A stretch of 64,000 nucleotides of DNA, from positions 6,014,001 through 6,078,000 of the forward strand of contig CM106586.1 in NCBI GenBank assembly GCA_048013815.1. The letters run 5' to 3'. The stretch comes from Setoptus koraiensis. Taxonomy: Eukaryota > Animalia > Arthropoda. A program made the position numbers and the translations under genes. Positions 44,475 through 55,863 of the stretch are shown here, one piece after another. The notes below the pieces were generated by a model. That model did no database searches, was not told where the DNA came from, and saw only the letters and a list, made by a program, of their open reading frames with translations. Each line of letters opens with the position of its first letter. The first letter of the stretch is position 1.

Positions 44475-45414
44475 GGTTGTTCTTTCGATTAGGTCCCCAC
44501 TCAGATCTTGATGAAACTTCCGGTGTGGGTTCCCCTTGACCCCAATAGAGCGGAAAAAGTAGTCCGGAAGTGCGGAAACTTCCGGTTCCGGTTTTACAAA
44601 AAGTTGAAGCTAGAGCTCTGAAATTCACTGGAGTGACGTTTCAGGCTACTCTTAACAAGATGGAATAATTTTCAGATCTGTGCGACTTCCGGTTTTCTAG
44701 ATATAGTCATATTTGCGGGGTTTGAAGACCGGAAGTGACCAAATTATTGCTTCGCTGCGCTCGGGGATGATGAACATGCGGTGGGTCTGAGAACTCGGCC
44801 TGCGGCCTCGTATTCTGGAGGCCGTCACATCTCCGTCGTCGCTCCCGCGACGACTGCGTGCGACGGGAACCCTTTGGGTAGGGTTGATGAGCGCTTCGGG
44901 TATCGGGCTGCGCCCTCTACCCTCCGCTCACATGACCGCAATCCATCCACAAATGGAGGCGGGGGACCAAAAATAAGGATGAGACAAGTGGGAATACTCC
45001 ATGCATCCTTGTAGTGAATTAATTTTCATCATAAGAATGTGTATCACCAAGGATAAGGATAATACAGAGACGAATCAATTGATTTACAAGCCAATACATG
45101 GTGTTGCGCAGTCCGTGCACATGATGGGCCCGCTCACCGCAACCGCACAGGCCCGGCCGCACCTCTAATTTCAGTTTAACCGCGATATCTAGCAAACCGG
45201 AAGTGATATTAGATTTATTTTGATTTCATCGTGCTCCGCTAGAGGTCACCTACCTGATCCTGAATTTTCAGAGCTCTAGCTTCAACTTTTTGTAAAACCG
45301 GAACCGGAAGTTTCCGCACTTCCGGACCACATAATCCATGATGTGGGGCCCCTGCGGGGCCCGTGTGTGAAGTTTCATCGAATTCTGAGTGGGGACCTAA
45401 TCGAAAGAACACCC
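44475..45414 (-). mobile_element. MITE copy 7, intact, 940 bp, inverted
   Basis: TIRs as in copy 3; perfect 8-bp TSD AAAATTTC at 44467-74 and 45415-22; core at 44785-44941. Confidence 0.92.
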
Positions 45415-45422
45415 AAAATTTC

Positions 45423-45530
45423 CGCACTTCCGGGCCACTTTAATTGTTCTTTGGGGCCCATTCGGGGCCCATGTGTGAAGTTTGGAGGAAATAAGGCTGG
45501 GTACGTGTTCCATACAACACCCCCCATCTT
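45423..45530 (-). mobile_element. Remnant TIR arm of a related MITE (the target into which copy 7 inserted)
   Basis: CGCACTTCCGG, GGGCCC pair, TGTGTGAAGTTT and terminus CATACAACACCC. Confidence 0.6.
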
Positions 45531-48021
45531 GCAACCGGTGTCGCATATTCATGTGAGACACCAGAAAATCCTCTCTTTGATTCCAGACACATACGCAAGT
45601 CTCGTTCATAAATACTGTTATGGCTGAACGATCCGTGAGATCCACGGAATAGCTCGTCGCGAAACACCGTGAACTAGACAATCTCCACTGTGTGAAATAT
45701 AGACAGCCTCACATCATTTCTTGTTAAATGGGTGGTTGTCGCCAGCGGACTGGGTATTTTCGACGGTGATGTTATTGAATTATCCCGACAGGGATAACAA
45801 TAGAGCTGTCTCATCATATCTAGCCAAGTGATGAGCGAACGAACTAAAAGAGAGAGAGAGAGATTGTGTTGGATAGACAGACAGTGGAACAGTTTGCGCG
45901 TGTCTAATGCATGGCGGAAAGAGAGTGTTGTGGGCTGCGAAACACGCCATGCCAGTGTTTAGGTTCGAGCAAGATATCCGAGATCTAGGGAGATGTATTT
46001 TATAACTAATCCGTGGGTCGTTGCTTGAGCAACTGACGAGCCATTGTTTGCTTGTCATTCGGGTGTCTGGCCCCCCTTCCGTTTTAGTCGTCGCCATCGT
46101 CGTTTTGCTTGTTGTCGCAAGGCGCGCGCGCTTTAGCTTTTGCTCTGTCCCCTGACAACTGTTTGTCTCTGTTTGCTTGCACCATTCACACAAGCAACAC
46201 AATGTTACGTAACAGGACGTGAATGGTAGACGGCTGCGTGTCTGGCTGGACTCAAATGGGCCCCAAACCGACCCGACACACTACTACCTTGAATCGTAAC
46301 ATCGTTGGTTGGCGATAACGCACACACTCACACACACACATGCGGTTGGTGCTGGACATATCGACGATGATAGTGGTGACCGCAAGCCAGCGATGATTGC
46401 TTAGCAAGATAAATAGACTAGCATGCACACACACAAACAACAAGATGGATTGAATTATAATCATATCTACAACTTCTATCGCCCGCCTACCAAACATTCA
46501 GACACGCACTGGCTGCGGCCAATGAGTTTGTGTTGTCTAGCCGCAACACGGACGTTCGTACGATGACGCAACAACAGCAACAGCAACGTGTCTCTATCAT
46601 AATGATTTCGCCCAATTATGCGACTCGCAGTCTCACCACCGGCCACTGACTCAACGGACAGCGCGCGACGTCGCTGGTCACTCATTCGGCCGTCGCCGGC
46701 TAAATTCACGTGCCCGCTACGTGTAGCGGCACTAGAAACGTTTTGTTGTCGTTCGGCAGGCAGTGTGTGTATGTGGGTGTAGATGGCAGTGAGTGTATGT
46801 GTGGCACAAGCAGGCATGCCAACTAGCGCACAATCGATGACGCAATATATAATAATTGTATATCAACAACCAGTGATGTTCGAATAGCGACCGGAAACTG
46901 ACAAGCCAGAGTTCAGCGTGCGTTTGCCAGATAATGTCGGCGTTGTTTGTTTGCAGGCTCGCCGCTCTCCATTGCGCTAGCATCATCATGCATATTGTGT
47001 GTGTTGTTTTTCTCGGATCAACCCACCGGATCAACCATTATATATCATTGTGTGTGATGATAACGTGAAGTTGCACGCGCTATCACGACAAGCTGAGAGA
47101 TCACAATCTTGTTCATTGGCCTGCCATTGGCGCGCATTTTTTGCCTCTTTGTCCATTGGTCTCTCCTGTTTCACTTCCTGTCCAGCAACTTGTCGCGTCG
47201 TTATTTTTATTTTTCATGCTCATCTCACAGACCTTTGTAACCTAATCTCACTCTTTATCTTTTTGTGGCTCCGAGTTATCGAGCTGAAACAGCTGACTGA
47301 ACTGTGGGGCCAGACAAGACAGGTGCTCACAGCATCGACACAAATGCTCGACACATACAAAAGTAAGAATGGATTTATCTTTATGCTGTGTTCCGACCGT
47401 AGTCAGCCGTTCGAGCCTCGAGCGCTGCATGCCCCAATTGGCCACTAGCCGGTGGAATGGCGCACTGCGGCCAGACCCAGCAAAAGTTGCGGACGAGACG
47501 ATGGATTGGAAATCGGACGGAAGTGACTATCTGAGCCTGGTCGGTGGCGTGCTGCCAAACCGGAGTGTCGTGTCTTGAAAATGTCTGCCTCTCGTGGCTG
47601 TCCGACACAAAGCACAACGGCTTCGATTAGTAGTTGCGTCACTTATATTATAGATGTGGCTAGTGTCGGTATTAATGGCTGCACAAAACAAGACACAACA
47701 TTATATGGAGCACGTGGACAAGTGGAGCACGCTTACAATTAGCGACGCGGAACATGATGCGCCCGTGTTGTGTCCTCCTTTCACGAGTGCCCCCCATATC
47801 CGCTTGTGAGCATTAACGGTGACTCAACTGCAACTGCATCTTGCAACCTGACTTTATACGTTGCTGTTGTCTTACATTCAGCTCTCCGTACGTCGTCGTT
47901 GTCGTCGTCGTCTCTTTATTTTATGTTCCAAATCAGTAAATCGTTTGTTTGTTTCTATCTTGTTATAATGTTACACAAAGTGTGTGTATGTGAGTGTGGT
48001 GCAACAATCAGGTGCAGGCTG

Positions 48022-48097
48022 GTTGTTGTTGCTGTTGTTGCTGTTGTTGCTGTTGCTGCTGTTGTTGCTGTTGTTGTTGCTGCTGTTGGTGGTGGTG
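48022..48097. repeat. (CAA/CAG)n trinucleotide tract on the minus strand
   Basis: About 22 mixed CAA/CAG triplets preceded by (CAC)3. Confidence 0.85.
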
Positions 48098-51000
48098 CAG
48101 CGCGGCATCAATTTGATTTGTGTATTAGGTTGCCACGTGATAACAGGCTTAAACACAACACACGACAATACGAGAGTGTAAGAGAGGTTGAGAAGAACAG
48201 ACAAGACAAGAAATCGGTGCTGCTGGTGAGAACGCGCTGCCTTTGAGTGGCGACAGAGCCACTAGGAAACATTAACGAAACTTGCTAATGGGTGTAAAGT
48301 AGCAACATTTGTCGCTTGTTGGCAAGCTTGCCAGTCGCTTGTTTGCCATAAATGGGGCCAACGTACCACAAGTGCAACACAAATGATACTACCAGCAATC
48401 GTGTTACGTCTTCTAACAGCTAACAGTTGTAAGTGAAGCAGTTGCGTTATCACGTGCAAATACACAACGACAAAAATCTGTCGCGTCGCTGTTATGGTGT
48501 CGTGGCTGGCTCGTCGCATCGGTATGGCTGGACCCCAAGGACTACCTGATTGTCGCAAAATCTGTTCAACACATTCTGTTTGAGTCGATGTGAGCCATCG
48601 TGCTGTTATGCAGCAATATGCCAGTATATGGCCTAATCTATTATGCCCCCCGCCCCCCTCCATGGGCACGATATTATTATATGCCTATTATGCCTTTTTG
48701 AGGCCTATTACACCTTTTGAGCCTATTATATTATGCAATGCCAATGGCTATCATCAGATTGATAAGGGCCCCCGTTAAATGGTCGATGAGTTGTTGCAAG
48801 TGTGCGCGCTACGCGCTACTGACCCCATTGTATGCAGTATCGATGATATCAATTAGTGAGTGAGCATGTTGATAGCGTAAACCAATACATAGCCGCTGGC
48901 TGGCTGGCTGGCCGACGCTATGTCGGCGCCAGCATTAATGAGCACACTCTGTGATTTACTGTGTGCTACTGTTAGCACCAGTTACTAGCACCAGTTACTA
49001 GCACCAGTTGAGCCAGCAGTACCTGACGAACGCGTCGCGAGCTATGCGAAGCCTGGGGCCCGTCTGGCCCGACTCGGATGGTGCTTGTAGCACAGTATGT
49101 CTAGCACTGTATTGCCGCGACTGTATTGCCAGGACTGTGCTACTAGGAGGGCCAAAGTATTGCATAACAAAGTATTACATAACAAAGTATTACATGCGGG
49201 CTGTCCGCTTGCACGCGCGTCGTCGATATTGTGGTGGCCAACCAGTGGATTGCAGCCGATTGCGGGTTAGCGCAAATAACCCGTTGATTGTGCACATTGA
49301 GGTGCTCATCTATCTATTTATCGAGCACTGTAACTGATGAAAAAGTAACATTACTTAATGTGCGTGTGTGTGCACCATGTGATCAGGCAAAAGCAACTGT
49401 CTCTATGGTGATTGGTCAGTCGTGTGTCCAGTTGAGCTAGCGGTCCCCTCAATGGCGCCCCACCAGCCAGCACCAGATAAATGGCGCCTGCTCTGGCCCT
49501 AAATGCGGGGGAGTGCACGCGGCACACGTGCATCCAATTCGCACGCTTCAAATCGATCATCGATGGGCCCCATCAATCAATTTGATTTTGGCCCCCTCTC
49601 GGCCATCACCGGCACACGCACCACGGTGAACCACAGCGCACTGCAACGGAATACTAGTGGACCACACAACCAACCATCACCATGCATGATCTCTATCAGT
49701 GTTTGTCTGCCATATTATATATATATTTGTCTGCCTTGGCCCCGCTAACTAGCTGTGTCGGTCACCCGGGCCGGTTACTCCCTAAGTTGGGCGCCCTAAC
49801 TGATGGTTGGGGCATGCAAGACCCATAGCTCAAATTGCCATCTCACTCGGCTCACTTTTGGCCCATTTTGGCCCATTTCGGACACAGTTGAACAGGGCGC
49901 CTTGCATTGTTTTTGGCCTTGTTGTTGATGTTTGTTGTTGCTTGCAGCCTCAAGCGACCATTCAGTGAGTTGTTAGTGTCTTCGGCCACATGGTACCAAC
50001 ACTAGAGGTGCGCGATCCCGATCAGGTGAGCCATTGGTTGTGGGCGATTTTGAGACGATGCAACCGTTAGCATTCGACTGAATCAAATAACACAATGCAC
50101 TTGCTCCATGTGGCCGCTATATCGACAAACAATCTAATATTACAAGCCGACGGATAATACAGTGAATGAGATAATCACTCAATGACTATTGCAGCGTGTC
50201 AAGTGTGGCTCAAGAGTAATCGCACATAATCATTCGGCCCCGTCTATTCGGCATCTGATTCTGATGCTCCACATTCTGCATTCTGGTATGTCTTGCGTTC
50301 GCTTTCACGGCCTGATTGTGCTGGCCCGTCATCGAATCGTTGCAACTTGCAACGGCAGACTTTCTGGCTTGTGCACTGGCTGTGCTGTCATGCCGGCTAT
50401 TCATTGGTGAATATCCTCTGTTTTTCGCAATAATGCAAGCGACCGACTCAACCAATTCTTATCAGGGCCGATAATCGTGAGCTCATTATATTTGGTCTAT
50501 ACATCAATTGTGAAGAGCGCCAACCAAAGCCGACAGATCACCATCAAACAAGCAACCATTATTTACCTGTTTGCGAGCAGAGAGCGCGTTATTCTGGGGC
50601 GCCTCACTGACCGATGGGGCTCGCAACGAGCCGCAGCAGCAGTGGGTGACACGTTCACGTGCTCGCCGTTGTGCGTTGGCTGTTGTCACTGAGAATGTCA
50701 CAAACACGCACACACACACACAAGCGGCCATAGGTGGCCACTGGCCAGGCTGGGTCATGATATTAATTGAATTAAGATCAAGATCATGATGATGCCAGGC
50801 CGAGAGACTCACGCAACAAACAGTCACTGGCGGTTATTAATTGTGCAAGATGTGCAATAGCTTCCATTAGCTTGCCGAGAACGTGCAAAAGCCGTCGCTC
50901 ATTTTATCTTTCGCAGCCACGACACTCAGTTGCTATTTTCAGCCCGTTGGCAAACAAATGACAGATGAATTTCAGCCGTCAAGATAAGCCAACCCGAGTG

Positions 51001-53530
51001 ACAAGACTTGTTAGCTGAGAGGGACAAGCGCCAACGAAAGCGGACCAAAGAGAACCTTGTTCGCTTCAGTCTGGGCTCGAGTCCACAAACTGATTACGAT
51101 CATTGGCCTATGAATTTTGCAGAATCACACTGATCGACACACATCACATCTAATAGTTAGAGCGGGTAGCGTTTCATTCGGACAAGTGGACCCCCAATCG
51201 ACGTGATACTGTCGTCGTGGCGATAAAAGCAACAAAAACTATGCCAATCAGCAGTGTGTAAATAAAACTTAGCAAGCAGAGCTTAGCGAGTGCATAAAAT
51301 CAACAAGTATGCTCTAGATTTGGTGTGCCAGTTTGAAATGTTTTGTACCTGTTCATGGCCATAACAATGTTGCCATTGCAAACAAAAAAAGCCCATTTTA
51401 GTGAATTTGGAGAGCGGGCCAGTTGCCAAGATATGCATATCGTTGCATTTGCTTGTTAATGGGTGCTTGCGCCTCCGTCAACTTTGTCATGACAACACTG
51501 GTCAGAGTGTGCCCCTTCGGACGTGCCATCCCATAATGATCCCGCCAACTTATAGAGGGAGCCCTTGGCTGTGTCAGTTTGCGAGGTGCACGAAGCTGCC
51601 CGTATTGTTATTGGACTTGGGGGCCCCAAGTTGGGGCTTGTGCGTGACTAGGTGCTGATGGCATGTGCCGTCCGTGCCTTCTGAAATTAAACGCACAATA
51701 CTAACTTCGTGTTACGGAGTGCATGCGAATGCACCCTCGCAAATCCCCCAATAAAAGGGGCCCCTTAGCAATGATGACACGGCTATCGGTTCAATGGTAT
51801 TGAGAGCTGCGCTGGCACTGTTGTGAGACACTGTTGCGAAATACTGTAACTGTGCCCGAGTCTCAAGCTAGAATATATTGTAAAGTCGAGAAATAATAAC
51901 AACAGATAAAGAGAATATAATGGTGATAAATAATGTTGTAATAATGTCGCTGGCGCGATATTGCAAGCAAGATTGTTGTTATTATTGCGCAATGTTTGTT
52001 TAATAGTTTATACAAATGACAGTTTGACAGCGGCATTCACATAGCGCTGCTATGATAGCAGCAACCATTGGCAACAACAATGTCCGCATGTGACTACTGT
52101 AACGGGCTGCACAGGAAACGAGATTAAGATATGTTTATCCACACCGTTGGGGTATTTGAACTTTGCTCACTGGGGGTCCGTTCGAAGACGCCGACCACGA
52201 CTAGGTCAGATCAGATCAGATTAGATAATAACAATAACATACACGGCTACTATCGCAATGATGGGCCCACAATGCGGAAGCGGCGGGGGCTTGCCAGCCG
52301 CCCACGAGAGGCTTGCTTGTTGTTGGAATAATAAGATATTATTGCAAATGATGGTTGTCGCTGTTGACAATTAATCCGCGCTAGCCCGGCAAATCGGGGG
52401 CCCGACAGGCGGAATTGCGCGGGCCGGTGAGCCGGTCGTCTCACGTATGAAGCGGATTGGTCGTAATTGGTGCCGTGATATATTTTCGTTTTTGTCCTTA
52501 ATGATTATGAGCGCCGGGCAGTTCGCGCAAGGCATCACAATAAGTAAACTTGACTACATTAGAAAACTGGAACACATCATGTCGAGTACAAAAGCACGTC
52601 GTTCGTTATTGGCGGCCAACGGGACAGTAAACAAACAGCTTATATAAAGAGCACAGACTTGGAATTAGCTTATTAGCAGCATGCGACATGACGCGCAGTT
52701 ATATAATATCGGTCATTATTGCTATCTGTTATCGAGCACCTCTGAAGAGGATATTTACACACATGTCTCACTTGGTGTCGCGTGAGCTGAGCTGAGCTTA
52801 GCAAAAATTTGCTGTTCAGACTATTAAGCACGTAATTATTATTATTATTGTGCTAGCAAGTGAGAGAGATTCGTACGTGTTTGTTGGTCGTGTCAATAGA
52901 GATAAGCACCCACTGCACTGCACACTGATAAGCCAATGATTATCTGTGTGCAACCTCGTTGGGCCCTTCGATTTGGCGATTCGAACGTTCCAATATAAGG
53001 GACGAGCTGCTTTGGCGTAAGGTTTGATCGAAAAAAGTGGCAACATACTGTGAGCTGTTAAATGTATAACCCCACACAACAATATACATACAACTGCCTG
53101 TAACTGTCATGTGTAATGGGGATTCCATGGCCAGCAATATCAATACTTGCTCTCTCCAACAGCATAGAAATTGTATTGTCTCTGGCTCGTTCGCGACTGG
53201 CCACTGAATCTTCGGACACGACAAATTGTCGAGCGGTTACTCACACTCGAAACAGACGAAATAAGTTACTTCCGGTGGAAATTTTTCCAAAATATTTGTC
53301 GAATATACATTATCATCACTTGACAATTGCATATCGCGTGTGCAGATGGTCAAGTTATTGTTTATTTTTCTTTATTGATTTGCATTTTTAGCATTGATTC
53401 ATGTGATCAGGCAAGTGTGGTGAGGATGAATAAGAAAGAGCTGCAAGAGAGATGGTGAATTATCTCGTTTTGCAAATGGACTATTTCTGCTAAGTATACA
53501 ATGTTTATCGACCATATTCTCTCATTTGAT

Positions 53531-55162
53531 CTAGACACTTTTTGGGGCCTGTTCAACGGATAGCGCCGATATTGCTGACGCCTCTGGCGGTGCTGACACA
53601 ATTGAGCTCGATGGCGATGTTGCTGATGATGTCGCTGCTGCCGCTGCCGCTGCCGCCGCCGATGATGACGATAAAGAGGGAGATGAGGTTGTTGGCGCAA
53701 CCGTGGTGACGCTACTTGTCGCCGAACTAGCCGAACTAGCCGAACCAGCCGAGCTAGATGCTGCTGCTGTTGACGACATTAACGGGGCCCATGGGTCACT
53801 TGTGGGAGCCTGAGCCGGAGCGGGATTGGGGGCACTCGTTGCCTCGAGACCCTCTAAGGCTGATCTAGAACCCGAATATTTCACTTCGGCCTTCACTTCT
53901 GTCTTTTTGTCTTTTTCCCTTGATCTCTCTCGTTCCCTCTCTCGCTCCCGATCTCTCTCCTTTTCCCTTTCCCTTTCTCTCTCTCGATCCTTTTCTCTCT
54001 CTCGATCCTTTTCTCGTTCTCTCTCCCTCTCACGTTCCCTCTCCCTTTCGCGCTCTCTTTCGTGATCCTTCTCCCTCTCCCTGTCTCTGTCCCTATCTCT
54101 GCTGCTGCTGTCTCTGTTTTTATCTTTAAACTTGTCCCTATCAAAGTGATCCTCTTTGCCTCTATCGCGTGTTGTTGCTGATACCGCCGCCGATGCTGTC
54201 CCGTCTGCGCTTGCGCTCACTTTGACCTCGGCCTTGCTAGATGCCATCTCATATCTGGGCTCCAGTGTGACCACTTTTTCGTTCATCTTCATAATTGGGG
54301 GAATTCTGTCGTAGAACGAGCTCTTCTTTGGGTTGATTATCAACGGTTCAGGTAGGTGATCCCAATTGATTCCTTTGCTTCCACTGTCGGTCTTATGCCA
54401 TTCCGAATGAGTGGCGTGGTATTTTTTTCCATCGAATGGCGCCACTGTCATGTAAGTGCGAGAGGGGCGATTTTCTTTTTCCTGGCTCAACAGCTCCGGA
54501 TAACGATGATCAATAGAATGCTGGCGCTGTTTGACCGACATGGGCTCTGGCCATGTGTGCCTCTCGATACTGTGACTGTCATGCTCAAAATATTTTGGAG
54601 GATCTCTGAGGTGATGGTGGGCTCCAATTACTATCGCCTCGGGAAAGCGTATCCTCTCCCTGGACACGTATTCTCTCAGACGATCTATCTGAGGTGGTGG
54701 CACAATTCTCACTTTGGCGCGCACGGAATAACTTGATCCACCAAATGACTGTCTGCGTTCGGGGTAGAAGCCGTACTCGTATGTTTTCTCGTATTTTCTC
54801 TCTGAACGGTGTCCACTATTTGCTGAGCTACTGCTGCTGCTCGCCGATGATGCCGATGAGCCAGATGAGGCCGATGAGCCCGACGATGAGCCAGATGAGG
54901 CCGACGACGAGCCAGACGACGAGCCAGACGATGAGCCAGACGACGAGCTAGACGATGCCGATGATGACGAGTGGTGTCGATCGTCGCCACTGCTCGAGGA
55001 CGCTGCCGAGCTACTTGCCGATTGTTGTCTGTCGTCGTCTCGATATGAGCGTGCCAAGCTCAGATCGGTGACCAGTTGACATAGCAATAGGCCGGACAGA
55101 ATCAATGTAAAAACATTGAATCTTAATATGTTTGCCATGGAATAAATGGCTGTCAATGGCAA
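53531..55162 (-). CDS. Putative secreted low-complexity protein, 543 aa (Ser-rich / RE-RD repeat / Ser-Ala-rich), single exon
   Basis: Long ORF with signal-peptide-like (M)ANILRFNVFTLILSGLLLCQLVTDLSLA, a poly-Ser/Gly block, an ~190-aa unique core, a (R/K)(E/D) alternating charge block and an S/A/T/P tail. Confidence 0.8.
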   Translation of the reverse strand: MPLTAIYSMANILRFNVFTLILSGLLLCQLVTDLSLARSYRDDDRQQSASSSAASSSSGDDRHHSSSSASSSSSSGSSSGSSSGSSSASSGSSSGSSASSGSSASSASSSSSSANSGHRSERKYEKTYEYGFYPERRQSFGGSSYSVRAKVRIVPPPQIDRLREYVSRERIRFPEAIVIGAHHHLRDPPKYFEHDSHSIERHTWPEPMSVKQRQHSIDHRYPELLSQEKENRPSRTYMTVAPFDGKKYHATHSEWHKTDSGSKGINWDHLPEPLIINPKKSSFYDRIPPIMKMNEKVVTLEPRYEMASSKAEVKVSASADGTASAAVSATTRDRGKEDHFDRDKFKDKNRDSSSRDRDRDREREKDHEREREREREREREREREKDREREKDREREREREKERDRERERERERSREKDKKTEVKAEVKYSGSRSALEGLEATSAPNPAPAQAPTSDPWAPLMSSTAAASSSAGSASSASSATSSVTTVAPTTSSPSLSSSSAAAAAAAAATSSATSPSSSIVSAPPEASAISALSVEQAPKSV

Positions 55163-55863
55163 ATTTATTTAAATTGATTAAACCTTGTGACGAAATCAGA
55201 GTACAGTTTGATCCTTTGGCGCTGCCGTTAACAACTATCAAATGTCAACATAGTTTCTATACGGTATCTCTGATGGGATTGGTCGAAAAGTAGAAAAGTT
55301 TGTTATTAGCTGTCAAATGTTAACACTATTTCAAGTAGTAAAAGGCCAATAGTTAAGCTTCACTACCATGTGATCTACTGTAGTTGTGAAGCTTCCATTG
55401 GAAAATTTTAGAGCAGCTTCAACTAGTGAAAATAGTTGGGCTAACATGAAAAGGTAATTGCTATTTTTCATATCAAAACTAGTATCTAAGTGTTACAACA
55501 CTGTTATACTTGCCGATCAATCAAAACATATCAAATGTCGGCTTTGATACAGCAGGCAAATCTCTTGGAGTCTTTACATTTTCAAAAATGAAATCTCATC
55601 CAGCCACTACAACTCTTCATATGTTATATTCACACACCATACAGCTAACTATAATGAGCTGAAATAAGTGTGATTTTTTCGGCTTCACTTTCGCTCTCAG
55701 ATTTCTGGCTCAAGCTAAAATCATGGTATCAGAGCGTGCAAATAAACTTTTTGGGCCCTCATAAATTATAATTTTACCCAAATAGATAGCTACACTTGAA
55801 CACGAAAAAACTGATCCTATTCATTTCTGTTCTTCATCGGGTCTTCGACCTGACCATTTGGCG

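Noticed and set aside
23637-45414. CRISPR-like array, or HINE/Helentron identity for the main repeat
   Set aside because: Repeats are TIR-bounded with 8-bp TSDs and irregular spacing, there are no cas genes, and Helentrons do not make 8-bp TSDs.
26900-45681. Many short ORFs repeated across MITE and satellite copies (e.g. MGLRTRPAASYSGGRH.., FEVRWSQF..)
   Set aside because: Translations of non-coding repeats; frames not preserved between copies.
47250-47620. Possible exons of a large gene in the non-coding half
   Set aside because: No consistent splice chain or recognisable protein.
48022-48097. Poly-Gln coding exon
   Set aside because: The Q frame is closed by stops within about 10 codons upstream and 4 downstream, with no usable donor.
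53826-54990. Overlapping ORFs opposite or shifted relative to the 543-aa gene
   Set aside because: Shadows of low-complexity repeats.
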